This document shows positions 36,545 through 49,220 of a DNA stretch of 51,412 nucleotides, piece by piece. Every line of letters starts with the position of its first letter. The stretch's first letter is position 1. The stretch is from Octopus bimaculoides (taxonomy: Eukaryota), in NCBI RefSeq assembly GCF_001194135.2, contig NC_068981.1, positions 39,221,806 through 39,273,217 on the forward strand. Reading direction: 5' to 3'. The notes beneath the pieces are model-generated. The model did no database searches, had not been told where the DNA came from, and was given only the letters and a program-made list of their open reading frames with translations. Made by a program: the position numbers and the translations under genes.

Positions 36545-37065
36545 CCTGGTGCACCAGGTTCTCATGGCTTCTGATCTTAACTCTTTGGAAGTGTTATCAT
36601 GTACATTGTTTTGTCTTGATGTAAAAGATGGGCTGCAGTATATATTCCACTCAATACCACAGATTTGTTTGTCAGTTGTTTGACCTTAACCAGTTGAGCA
36701 TGTCTCTTGGTGGCTGATGATATGTGCATCTCCAATCATGAGCAGAAGTAGTGGGGGAGCATCATAGCTATGTGTTGAGAAGAATTCTTTGGGGCTTGAA
36801 TAATGCTCCTCTGGAAACATGGGTGTTTCATTCAATATCCTTAAATAACCCTTATTCAGGGATCTTTTGAGTGAGATGGACTACACGACCTGAAGAAAAT
36901 TCTAACTGGGCCTTACTTGCAAGGTAATGTGCTATTTATCCTGATATGAGATCACCATGTCATGCGCATATGTGATGCATGTGCCTGGTGTACCCTTATC
37001 AGATGGGTAGTCATGATAAGTATACTGGGCTTCATGGGTATACGGGTAGTCATGATGGGTGTCTC
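36545..37065. mobile_element. Interspersed repeat, probably a retroelement UTR; family not determined
   Basis: GC-richer block that I recall as a recurrent octopus repeat; internal duplication of gggtagtcatgat near 37005-37056. Confidence 0.35.
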
Positions 37066-37119
37066 TGATCAAACAATAGTTGAAACATGATGTTATTAAA
37101 GGAAATAAATATCAAAAAT

Positions 37120-38060
37120 TACTAGCAGGGTTGGGCTAGAAAATCCCATATCTCTGCCTGTCATTGATCATATTGTCTTGTACACCCAAAAGCTCTGGTC
37201 AAAAATCTTTGAGTTGGTTGGCATTGAGAAACACCAACATCTTCAAGTAATATGTTAAAAGTTTAGTATTGTGTTTTATTTTGTTTTTATTAGTTATCAA
37301 TCGTTTGCATGTTGCCTATATACCAAACCTAGCTGCACCTGTATTATTTTTAGTCAATAAGAATATCAATTACACCACAGATGTGTGAGTTTATCTTTAA
37401 GTTTCCTGGTTTTTGATGAACAGTGAAGTTCAGTTCTTCACCCTGCACTTCATTGTTTTCATAATTTTTTTGAAAGAAGCATCATTGTTGCTTTTAGGAA
37501 GCTGCTTCTCCTCATCCATATTAGTTTTCTTATATTTTTTTTGTGTGAATGTTTTTTTTGTTTGCCTCCTCCTTTTGTACTTTATTTCACTGTTTGTTCA
37601 CTTTCCTCAACAACCATTATTTATTCTTCATCTCATGACAAAGGAGAAGTGCTATGGATTGTTATTGTTAAGGAACAAAATGTTTTCTCACATGTTTCCA
37701 AGGCTGGGCATAAAGCAATTTCTCTTGTTCTTTCTAAAGCATTGATTGATGGTGCTCTGGAAACTGAGTCTTGTTGTTCTTATTGCTATCTCAGCTGGTT
37801 TCCATTACTTCTATTTCTGATCTTCTTGCCTGTGCTTTCTAGTTCTTCAGAACAAGAAGCTCTAAAGGGATTCCTACTGTAATAAATATAGTAACTATGC
37901 TTTTTGTCCTATATCATCAATTCCCCCAAGACACCTTATGAAGGCTGGAGGGTAAATCAGCCAAAACGTTGATGTTAGCAACAAAAAAGATGAGGACAAA
38001 TATCCATCAAATGTAATGTAAATAATGTACATAATTCCTCATCTCTTAAATATAGAACTG
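37120..38060. mobile_element. Probable Penelope-like element relic with a characteristic terminal segment
   Basis: Tail caccttatgaaggctggagggtaaatcagccaaaacgttg...tctcttaaatatagaactg recalls PLE termini. The adjacent block reads as a stop-riddled ORF on minus. Confidence 0.4.
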
Positions 38061-38282
38061 TGAAATCTTTCATTATCTATTTAATAATTTGGCACTAACT
38101 ACTTATAAATATGACTTTATACATCATGCATTCTTCGTCATCATATATCATAAACATTCAGATATTTAACACGTTTGTTTATTTTTACTGAGTCAATAAC
38201 AATATTATAGCAGTGACTCGATCAATTTCCATCAATATCTGAAGAAGGAATTTTTATATTCCATTCCGAAATATATCATACT

Positions 38283-38535
38283 ATCATCATCATCATCATC
38301 ATCGTTTAACGTCCGCTTTCCATGCTAGCATGGGTTGGACGATTTGACTGAGGACTGGTGAAACCGGATGGCAACACCAGGCTCCAGTCTGATTTGGCAG
38401 AGTTTCTACAGCTGGATGCCCTTCCTAACGCCAACCACTCAGAGAGTGTAGTGGGTGCTTTTACGTGTCACCCGCACGAAAACGGCCACGCTCGAAATGG
38501 TGTCTTTTATGTGCCACCCGCACAAGCCAGTCCTA
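38283..38535 (-). mobile_element. Well-preserved RTE 3' tail element with a (CAT)n tail
   Basis: (cat)n-cgtttaacgtccgctttccatgctagcatggg...gatgcccttcctaacgccaaccactcagagagtgtagtggg; reverse of 21990-22155. Confidence 0.9.
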
Positions 38536-38959
38536 TGAATAATTAAATTATAAGAGTTATTATAGTCCACATTGCATTGTTGTGCTATTCAAGACATGTT
38601 ATATTTCACATACAATATTTCAATTTTTGAGATCACATTGGTTATTAATTCTAAAAGTGATACTATGCACACAATCAAAAAATTATTGTCATAATTTATT
38701 AAAAACAAGAAATTACAAATTAAAACCCTCAACTAGTTTTTACAAATTCTAGTTAATCTTTGAAGTTGCATGCATTCAGGCTTCTGCAAGATTTTCAGTA
38801 TTCTATTTTCATATGTTTGAGTACGAACAGGATTAAAGTAGTTTCAATCTATTTCATGATCTTCTATGACTACATCATTCATTACTTCATTTACGACTTG
38901 GTGAATGTGGCTTGATTTTGATGTCTGTTCACTAAGTGTTTGATCTCTTACAGAACGTA

Positions 38960-40850
38960 CATCATCATCATCATCAGCATCATCATCATCATCATCAACA
39001 TCATCACCATCATTTAGCAACCGTTTTCCATGCTGACATGGATTAAATGGTTTGACTGAAACTGGTAAACCAGATAGCTGCACCAGGCTCCAGTCTGTTT
39101 TGGTCTGGTTTCTATGGCTGGATGCCCTTCCTAAAGCCAACCACTTCACAGAGTGAACCTGGCACCTTTAACGTGTCACAAGCACAGGTACCTTTTATGT
39201 ATCAATGGCACTGGTCATGACTATGATTTCACTTAGCCTGATGTTTCTTCTCAAGTGCAGCTAATCACCAAAAGTGTCACTCACTTGTCATCGCCTCTGT
39301 GATCACATTTCCAAAGATATCATTTCACAACTTTGGCCTACTTTTCCTGGATCTACCTCTTCCACAGGTTCGCTCCAGTTAGAGACTGGCACTTCTTTAA
39401 GCAGCTGTCCTCGTCCATATGCATCACATGTCCATATCATTCTTCGCTTGTGCACATTCATCTGATGCCTCTTACACCCAATTTTTCTCATAAGGCACTC
39501 ACACATTGTTGTACATGTACATTGTCATTGCCCATCCTGCAGAGCATACTAGCTTCATTTCTTTCAAGCCATTGCATGTCCTCTACAGTCACAGCCCATA
39601 TTTCACTGTCAGGTAGCTTGGCTGTTCACACAATCTGCCTTTTACTCATAGGAAGAGGCCCTTTGTTACCAACAAAGATAGCAGTTCTCTGAACTTCACC
39701 CAGCCAGTTCTTATTCTAGCAGCTGCATTCTCAGAGCATCCTCCTGCACTGCTGATTTGGTCTATGACTCTCATTAAGTTGTCTTGCAGGAAGTTCCAGT
39801 TATCTTCTATGTTATATGTCTGTAACTCTTCTTCTTTCTCATTACATGCTTCAGTTACGATGTCCCTAAATCTCTATGTATTCAAAGGATCCTTAAGCTC
39901 CCAGATCTTTCTTTTCCAGACTGGCCTTCTTATTGAAATCCTTATAGCCTGTAGTCTGAAGTTACTAATGACTAGCCTATGCTGAGGAATACATTCTCCA
40001 CCGGGGAAAGTCTTTACATTTTTGATCAAACATATATCTCAATTTCTGGTGAGAATGTAATCAATCTGGCTAGCTTGGTCACCAGATTGATAAGTTATCA
40101 GATGACTGGCAGGCTTCTTGAAGTTGGTGTTGTACATCGTTATGTTATCTGCATCACAGAACTTCAGAAACCTTGTTCCCTCCTCATTATAGAAACCAAT
40201 TACAAGGCCTCCATGCACACTGCACTAAACACCCAGTTGCTGCCCAAACGTGTCCATTGAAGTCACCAGCCATGAAGAGAAGGTCACTGTCATTTGTTTT
40301 TAATGTAATCTGCAAAATAATATCATAAAACAATCCTTTTGTTTATTTTGCAAACTCATTTGAAGGGCATAGGCAGAGATAATTGTCACTATACTATTTT
40401 GTAAAACTAGTCTAAGTTTAAGTAATTTAGAGTACACTCTTATTACTTCAGTCACTTTATCCACCCATTTCTCAGCTAGGAGTATGCCCACACCACCTAT
40501 CCTATCACTCCTCCATTCAAGAATCTCAACAATCTCACCAGACCTACCTTTCATTGTGCTTACAGTGCCATCTCTAAGGATATGAAGGGGAGGAGGGAGG
40601 GAGCAAGGGGAAGGGGGACAGCATTCCACTTCTGAAAGGAAGGTTTCAAAAAACGTTTGTCAACAGACATCTCATAATAGTTGTCCTCGCATTTAATCTA
40701 TCATTGTTCATTTGTGTTTCACAGTTGCATGTAGCTGAAGTGAGTGCTATACAAACATAGTTAATACAAAGATGGGCAAATAAGGTTAGTAGAAATAGTC
40801 AAGTGCTATGCAAGCATTGTTAATACAAAGATAGATAAATGAAAATAAAA
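38960..40850 (-). mobile_element. RTE LINE with an APE endonuclease start, the RT domain deleted, and C-terminus plus tail retained
   Basis: ORF 40629-40300 GTVSTMKGRSGEIVEILE...GGVGILLAEKWVDKV..ISAYALQ; linker WNFLQDNLMRVIDQI fused in frame to SSAGGCSENAAARIRTGWVKFRELLSLLVTKG; tail at 38960-39300. The 5' limit is approximate. Confidence 0.9.
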
Positions 40851-41009
40851 ATAGTTAATTAATTAATTAATTAGTTGATAGAAACTTTTCAATCACATTT
40901 TGGTGCAAAGAATACAAACTGCAGTGTGTATATTACAGTAATGTGGAGGAAAGACTACTGAGGAAGGAGGATCAGTTTCCAAAAGAGGTTGAGAGAGTTT
41001 CTGGTACAA

Positions 41010-41013
41010 GGGA

Positions 41014-41075
<62 letters not shown>
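41010..41075. repeat. (GA)n microsatellite
   Basis: Visible run. Confidence 0.97.
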
Positions 41076-41078
<3 letters not shown>

Positions 41079-41340
41079 CCAGAGTAGGTGATGGGGTAGG
41101 AAAGGGTGAGGCAGAATGCACATCATAAGAAAATGTCTAAACTACTACTGGGTCTGCTAACTGAGAGACGAAATTATGATTATAATAGGTTAAATTAGAT
41201 TGGATTAAATCAAATTAAATTAAAGGCAGGTTAGCATTAACAGGGTAGAAATGTAATTAGATGAATGATGTACAATTACAGGCAAAGGTTCAAGACAACT
41301 TAGATGGTCATTTCATCGTACATAATTCATTTCAATGTAC

Positions 41341-41420
41341 AAGAAGAAGAAGAAGAAGAAGAAGAAGAAGAAGAAGAAGAAGAAGAAGAAGAAGAAGAAG
41401 AAGAAGAAGAAGAAGAAGAA
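41341..41420. repeat. (AAG)n microsatellite
   Basis: Visible pure run of about 27 units. Confidence 0.97.
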
Positions 41421-42305
41421 GCAGTAGCAGCATAGAGGCAGTAATTATCAAAGGGACAGTAATGATGAAACAAGTAAACGAGGTATTAAAGGTAAAAATT
41501 ACGATCTGGTAACATAATCTGCCAATGTGAAATATTTAATTTTTATATATTCAAAGTATAGTTAAATATGGTTCTATATAATCCTCTTATATCTTTTACA
41601 TTTTGAGTTCCCTAAAGAATTATATAGGATCCTGTGGTCTGTAGAAAGACCGTGACTATTAAGGAACTATTACAGATTGGTAGACATGAAAAAGAGCCCC
41701 AGTTCATTCTGAATGAATAGCATAAATAATGGCATAACAAAAATAGACAAGAGATTATTTAAGTTTGTAATAATTGTATAAGCATTTGCAACATAGAATT
41801 ATACAAATGAGAATAGAAAAGGGGAAAATTCATCAGTTGTAAGTATATATTCAAATTATTAGAACAAAGAAGAGATCCTTCGAAGTTTATTGACAAACAC
41901 TGAAATGGACACATTTTTTACATAAGAATGTGAACTTTTGAATAATAAAAGTTATGTTTCATTTCATTTCATACATGTCACTTGGTACAAACATGACGTA
42001 CTTCTTCACTAAAAAAGCATGAGTGCATGTTTTATTATAAAATGAAGTATTTTTCTTAAACCAGAGTGTACTTAGTGATTATGTATAATTCTAACTATGT
42101 ACATGTCAAAGAGGCATTACAAGTACAAGCTAGGCAATCAATGTTTTATTGTCAAGAATGAATGAAACAAATGTTTTGTTTTGCACTGAATTAAAATTTT
42201 TCGTGAGGAAATGTTTTCATTTTTTTTCACAGCTTCTTGTATCTAACCACATAAGCTTCAGTTTTGTCAACCGAATAAGCAGTTTTCTTCTTTGCAATTA
42301 CACAG

Positions 42306-42453
42306 GGACCTTGGGAGGAGTGTCATAGATTTGCCATCTTACAGTAATGCTGCAACAACAGTTTCATCTGCAGTGCCTCTGCATATACCTTACATTCTTT
42401 ATGATCCAAGTTCTTTATTCAGTACATTAAAGTACCATAATGTACTTTATCAA
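42306..42453 (+). CDS. Candidate exon (phase 2-0) DLGRSVIDLPSYSNAATTVSSAVPLHIPYILYDPSSLFSTLKYHNVLYQ
   Basis: Acceptor ttttcttctttgcaattacacag|, donor CAA|gtatgt, 49 open codons. No homolog recognised. Confidence 0.3.
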
Positions 42454-42534
42454 GTATGTTATGATATTTAATCCATTTTTTTTATTTTGATTTATTTTGA
42501 CAGTTGACAATTACAAACAATATTATACATTTCA

Positions 42535-42708
42535 AATGTTAGCACACATTTCATCTGTCTTTACATTCTGCGTTCAAATTCTGCCAAGGTTGACTTTGCC
42601 TTTCATCCTCTCAGGGTCGATAAATTAGGTACCAGTTGCATACTGGATCAATCTAATTGACTGGCCCCTTCCCCTAAAATTTCAGGCCTTGTGCCTAGAG
42701 TAGAAAAG
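42535..42708 (+). mobile_element. tRNA-derived SINE with a 16-bp target-site duplication
   Basis: aatattatacatttca at 42519-42534 and 42709-42724; B-box-like gttcaaattc; reverse of the 50811-51025 family. Confidence 0.92.
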
Positions 42709-43589
42709 AATATTATACATTTCAGCTTTTGAGGTCACATTGGCTATTAATTATAAAAGTGATATTATGCACTCAGTCAGCTTATAGTTACAACTTATTA
42801 AATTAAAATTTGCAAATTTAAATACTTAACCAGTTTTGACAAATTCTTGTTAATCTACAAAGTTGTGCACATTCATGATTCTCTACTGCATGGTTAAATT
42901 ATTAAATGAATGGGTATTCACAGGAATAAAGTAGTAAAATTCAAATCGTTATTGATAGCAGCCACCCTTGTGCTACCAATTTGATATCATTTTTGATAGA
43001 ATTGGTACACTTTTATAGCATCCTCAGAAAGAAAGAAATTGGTTCTAGCAGATTAATTTTTGAAAAGTGGAAATGGATCCATTTGACAAAGTACACGAGG
43101 GCTTCCAAATATGAGTTTTAATTCTTTATTATTTTGAGATATTGATAGTTCAGGATCATAGTATAGTTTTAAAAAAACAACCTCTTACAAGCTTTTCATT
43201 ACAGAAATTGCCAGTAACAACTGAAACTTGTACCCACTATGATGAATTAATAAGTTCTACATTAAAAGACTTAAAATTTCTGATTCTGTAAATTCTTTAT
43301 CTTCCACACTGTATCAGCAAGATTTTGTTGCATTCAGTTTTAGAGTGAAAGTTTCAAAATGTTTAGCCTGTCCCTCAGCCATTTTTATTTGACTAAGATT
43401 AGAATTTTTAAACAGATCCAGGTTCATGGTAAATCACTTCAATTTCTTTTTATAATTTCCAAGAGATATTCAAAGTTGATATTCAATTCAAAGTTGTAGA
43501 AGAGTAAAACCTACATTTTTATATAATGTCTCTAATAAAAAATATGACCATTTTCTTCAACTTTTATAGTTAAAAAATCACATTCATGG

Positions 43590-43856
43590 GGTAAAGATCC
43601 CCATCGGTCATGAATGACCATGGAATTGCACCTAGAAAGTTCCCCTCCAAGGTACAAGTCTGGGCAAGATTGTTTGTGAAAAACAAGCAGTCACCCATGC
43701 ATACCAGCCTCCTCTCTCCATGCCATTGATGTTATCCAAAGGAAAGGAAAAGGCTGATATAGCTTCGTACCAGTGACATTGTAACTCATTTCAACAGCTG
43801 AGTGAACTGGAGCAATGTGAAATAAAGTGTCTTATTCAAGAACACAAAACACAGCT
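43590..43856 (-). mobile_element. 5'-truncated SINE (central domain with ttga.taagacactttatttcac..tgctccagttcactcagctg)
   Basis: Resembles V/Meta-type SINE central domains; no tRNA head is visible. Confidence 0.65.
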
Positions 43857-45199
43857 CCAAGTTCTTTATTCCAAGTTCTTTATTCAGTACATTAAAGTAC
43901 CATAATATACTTTATCAAGTATGTAAGAAATGCCATTAAGCATGCTATTGATTCTGCCAGCTTGCCACTCAATGATAACTTTTAAATTAGTAAAATATTT
44001 AATGATGAAATGAATACCAAATATCATACTTTCATCCATTTAGAAATATAAAATGTCAGTAATGATAGCATGTGTTACAGCAGAATAAATTGTAAGGGAC
44101 ATTACTGTTTTTATAAATAAGCAGCCTTTATCATAACTGTTCGTGGAAACTGTACAGATTGGGCATGAGGTTTTTAGATTGCATTGAAGGATGTCTATAT
44201 GCAGAACGCTTAGATGTACTGAAGAGTAGTATCTTCTGCATAGGAGACTATTGTTAAATGATAACAAGTACTACTCTGTAACCATCACTCTAACAAAACC
44301 AAGTTCTATAACTTAACCACTATTCAAGTCAATCGAAGTACTTTTACATAAGCATTATTCTAATGAGCCCCTGTACAGACCACTATGTAAGTGTGTTGTG
44401 CAGTTCCACTGATGTTTTCATCTTCATAAAATGTATCTGGAGAATATCAGCTTGTCAAGGCCCATTCTGGGAATTGAACTCAACATATCAAACAGACTAA
44501 GTACTTACTACTTGTACATAACTGCCACTTCTTACAGCAGTGAACATCTATTCTGTCATCTATTAAATGAAGATCTACTACTGAATCACTATTGGATTTC
44601 TTTATATTATTCTAATATCTTCACCTTGAAGTATTATTCATCAAAGCTAATATGTCTGTTTAATCATATACTAACCACCGTCATGCAACAGAAATTCTAA
44701 ACATTAAATAATGTTTCTTGTTGTAACTGTTCATTGTAATGGCAGCCATTTGATTATCTAATTTTCCTGTTGCTGGACTGAAGTAGGTGAATGCACCAAA
44801 GATACAACTTAATACTTAAAACTTGTGATCTGTGGACGGTCATTTTATCAACTGTGGTACCAAAGAACCAACTGTGATCATAGAATAGATTGAACTAATT
44901 AGCAAAGGCCGTAAATGGTCTTTAGAGTTGTACTTGTTTGTCTGTCATCAAACAATCTAGTCTTTTGATAACTATTTACTCAAGTACAATGTAATCTTGA
45001 ATATATATATGAACCCCACTTTTGACCCCACTTTTGCAGCTAAAAATCAGTAATACAGCAGTAAACTCATCTACTCCAGATCATGCTGACTGAGTTTAGC
45101 AGTAGCCCTCGAAATAAACTGAACAAAAATAAAGCACATGTGATCCACAAGAGTAGAACAAGATAGAATATGCAGTGGGAAGCAATGAATGTGAGAAGG

Positions 45200-45680
45200 T
45201 GAAGGAAAATGTCGATGTGGGTAGACAACAATTTTTATTTTTTGAATCATCCAACACCAATTGGTGACACTATGAGGTTCTTCCATGTTTTGCAATCTTG
45301 CATCCCATTCATCAGGACACTGCTGGGTAATCCAACAGCTTCCTCAATAATTTTCATGAGGGTTAGGGTTGGATGACCACATCTATGAGTGACATCAGAG
45401 GACCATAACAGAACTCTCACAGCAATTTCACTGTGTCTCATTACATGTCCAGCAAGAGCTAGACAATACTTTTTTATGACAATTGAAATCTTTGGAAGAC
45501 ACCCCTATAAGATCTTGTTAATTGTGTGCAACTGCAAAGAGATATTAAGAGTGATGCACAAGAAAAAGATGAAGTTGCTATTTAACTTCCTTGTCAGTGT
45601 TGATGTCAGGTCCATGAGTTTGAGCCATAAAGATGGATTGATTCCACAGTGACTTTGAAATCCCTGATTTTGGCAGATCA
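45200..45680 (-). mobile_element. LINE (RTE-like) C-terminal fragment
   Basis: LTSTLTRKLNSNF...LNISLQLHTINKILYGCLPKIS...LAGHVMRHSEIAVRVLLW..MQDCKTWKNL. Confidence 0.8.
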
Positions 45681-45689
45681 GTTGATTGA

Positions 45690-46210
45690 ACTCCTCAAAA
45701 AACGAAAACTACAGTAATGTACACAGAGATGTGAAAGCTGAGGTCTTACACAATACAAGGAAAGGATGGGAAGTGTCTGTCTCAATTAAAGATGTGCTCA
45801 AAACTCAGTTTCTCATGACCCTTCTTGTCAATCTTTTCAACACCATTCTGTCTGCGATTTTATATGCAAGTGAGACATGTGACATAGGCTACTAATGAAA
45901 AGGAAGACTAGCAACTGACTTATGACACAGAAAGACATGGAAAGATCCATACTGGGAATATTGCAGGAGCATATCCAAAATGAATGGAGTGGTTTGAACA
46001 ATTTGATCATGGAATATCAGAAGCGCAAGTTTTACTGGACTCACAGACAACAGGTGGACCTGTGCAGTTGTTGAGTGGTGTCTATGAGATCAAAAGAGCC
46101 TATTCAGAAGACCTCCAACATAATGGGAAAATGACAGAGTCAAGAAACCCAGGTCCAAATGGAATAGAAGAGGATATTCAAAGAAGAATGGAGGTACATT
46201 GTGAGCAGTA
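45690..46210 (+). mobile_element. RTE-1/BovB-like LINE C-terminal fragment
   Basis: RKGWEVSVSIKDVLKT...LVNLFNTILSAILYASET...TQKDMERSILGI..EHIQNE...DNRWT.AVVEW. Confidence 0.8.
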
Positions 46211-48257
46211 ATATATAAGGGAATCTCTGATAGTTTGATCAACTGAATGATAAAGTGGTTTTCTTTTTGCACTCAAACATAATGCTATCCCCAGCAGTAT
46301 TGAACTTGGTGTTCTAATATTTCTTTGCACTTCTTAAGTATTAATTAATTGCTTTGTTTCCAAATATGAATGAATTTATTTAAAGTGAACATATCAAAGT
46401 AATATAAACAAATTAAATAGTTATAATACCATAAACACAAATGAGTTTTAACTTACTTTGTTTTCTTTACAGGGAAAAATCTGTTAATAGATATTATTGT
46501 GTAACCAGAGCCATTTAATCTTTCATGATATTTTTGATAAAATACACTGCAAATATGTTTCAGTTAGTTTTGAAAATAACAAAAATTTCATGGGACTTAG
46601 TGAGTTCGAATCTTACCAAGCTCAACTTTGCTTTTCATCCAAAAGGATGATAGGCAATGTAACAATCGAATACTGGGGTCAATGTAATCATCAACTAACA
46701 CCTCTTCTCAAATTTCCGGTATCATGCTATGTTAGAAACAGTTATTGAGCTGATATTTAGAACATCACTTAACAAAGGGTTCTTCTATAAAATCATGATG
46801 GAAGGTTTTAATTTCAATATGAATACTTTAAAATATGAAATTTTGTAACATAGAGGAACAAGAGGAAATCTCAGGCAAGTCAATATTGAAAGGGTTAATG
46901 GCATTTTTATAAAGCTTTGATACAGCAATGTAAATTCTGCTTAGAAATTCTGTTGAGAATTGCTTACGATAACTTTAAGGTTTCAATCTTTACACTGTTT
47001 GAAATATTAATTCTATTCAAGACAATGATTGATGTACTTTGGACATGAAACAATTTACCTAACACAGCATGACATCCACCTCTTATAAGTATTAACGGAA
47101 ACATATTTTTATTGATGATGCTATTTTAACAATGATACATTTCAGTTAACAAAAGAGTGTAAACAATTTTAATTAAAGATGATTTTCAAATATATTATCA
47201 ATAACCTATTTATATTTATCAAATTATAAGTATTGAATGTAAATATTTTAAAATTATAGTTCATTTCTGGCTGCAATAATACATCATAATACTTCAAAGC
47301 AGCAAAATATCAATAAATTCCTTGTGAGTAATCAAAGACTTTGGGTCACAGTCATAGAACCAAATAGTTAAGATATCCGTGTCTATCCTCCCCTACCAGT
47401 TCTCTTTCTCTAGATATGATTATTAAGAAGAAGAATTTCATTAAATCTCATTTTCCTCTCTTATCGTTATAGCAATAAATCACATGTGGTAGGAATAAAC
47501 TTTCTTTTGAAACATGTCAGCCATTGAGACAAGGGTTAACACAGAGGTGCAGAAACAGCTTTTCATTTGCTCCTCTTATTCCTGTCTAAATTACTTTGAT
47601 CATATTTACTTTAATATCAGAAAAATCATATTGATGAAGGTAATAAAAGAAAATATTCAATAAAATTGGTAATCAAAGGCAGTTAGTAGTGAAGAAATTA
47701 AAGCTGGCCGGAAAGAAAAAGCAAAAGAAAGAAAGAAAAGAAAAGAAATCTATTTCTTAGAATATCAATAATCATGATTTGAAAGTACTAGCCACTAGAT
47801 GAAAGATGTTCATGGTATTAATTTTGCCTCAATTGCAAAGAAAATACTCAAGTTATTTATCACTTTCCCTTGTATAATGAGTAAGATGATTCTCTAGTAG
47901 ATACATTTCTGGAAGAAGAAAGGCATGCAGAATGCTGTCCATTGACTTTCTTATATCCATTACCACATTATGGAGAAAGAGACCCAGAGACCCTGATAGT
48001 TTTTATTAATAGAAAAATAAATGTTTCTCAGTAAGAATAAAAGATTGTTGGAACATAAATAAAATGGGTATTTGTCACTCTTCCTTGTTTCACACTTCTT
48101 TTAATGCACACATATATATTCACACATATATACACATACATACACATACATTTACACATACATACACACATATATACACACAGTCTTCATCGGAGAAGGA
48201 AATTCAAACTGACATTTTACATCCATCAAATCTTGGGTGGTAAACTTAAACCCTTAC

Positions 48258-48385
48258 CTGATTTAACACTACTACTTGTCTCTTAAGTGCTTTAACAGAG
48301 GGTCCACTCTGTTGCAAGCATTCAGGCTCAGGCGACTCCAGTCTGAGGACAGCTTCCTCCCTTCCTTCCACTAGTTTTGGAGGCC
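48258..48385 (-). CDS. Candidate GC-rich exon (phase 1-0) PPKLVEGREEAVLRLESPEPECLQQSGPSVKALKRQVVVLNQ
   Basis: Acceptor gactttcttcag|, donor CAG|gtaagg, about 50% GC in an AT-rich context. A stronger upstream acceptor (48422) adds in-frame stops, and a plus-strand reading is also open. Confidence 0.3.
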
Positions 48386-48639
48386 CTGAAGAAAGTCATG
48401 AGCACTACTTTTCTTCCTTGAACTAAAACAGAAAAAATAATAATTAAATACTCCCACCTTCATCAACTGAAAATATCCTCATTGTTTCATTTTACTTTGG
48501 TCTTTTGCTCACAATCATATCAATCTTAATGGAGTATCAAAAGTAAAAATAATCCTCATAGGACTTAAAATTAGGACCTTAAAATGCCAAAGTGTACACA
48601 ACAAAGCTTTTAACTGTATTCTGAATCATCTCTATTGAT

Positions 48640-48790
48640 TTATAGCTTAGACACAAGGGCACACCATTTAGAGAAAGCTGGATAATATATCAAACCTGTA
48701 TGCAAGACTAGTACTTTACTTTGTTGATCCTTAGGCTGAAAGGTAAAAGTTGAATTGGGTAGGAGTTGATCTTGAATGTAAAGAGACACA
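48640..48790 (-). mobile_element. Degenerate SINE
   Basis: gacacaagggc...tagtactttac..ttgatccttaggctgaaaggtaaaagttga, similar to 50811-51025. Confidence 0.55.
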
Positions 48791-48804
48791 ATTCAATTAA
48801 TTCA

Positions 48805-48815
48805 CCAAGTAGTAA

Positions 48816-48846
<31 letters not shown>

Positions 48847-48915
48847 GGTGGTGGCAGCGATAGTAGCAGCAGTATTAACAGCAGCAACAGTAGTGGCAGT
48901 GGAAACAGTGGCAGC
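48805..48915. repeat. (AGT)n/(GGT)n/(AGC)n compound microsatellite
   Basis: Visible run. Confidence 0.92.
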
Positions 48916-49220
48916 AGAAGGATCCCTAATAGAAGTTTAATATTTTAGTTTCAAAATGACAGTTTTAGTGTTCTGCAGTGAGGTATTTCAAGACATTCCA
49001 TGTAATTTAACCTGGTGGCTTACAAACCATGTTTGACATGTAATTTTAAATGAAAGAAGAACTACATTAATGAAGAACTTTTTAATTAAGACTGCTATAT
49101 TCATATGTGATATATTTTTTAGTATATTGTTTAATTTGTGAAATTGTATAAAAATAATTAACCTCACTTTTGCGAGGCATGGCATTCTGAGAATTAGTGA
49201 AAGCATCTGAGAATCTAGCG

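Noticed and set aside
41261-41512. Poly-Arg ORF
   Set aside because: Translation of (AAG)n.
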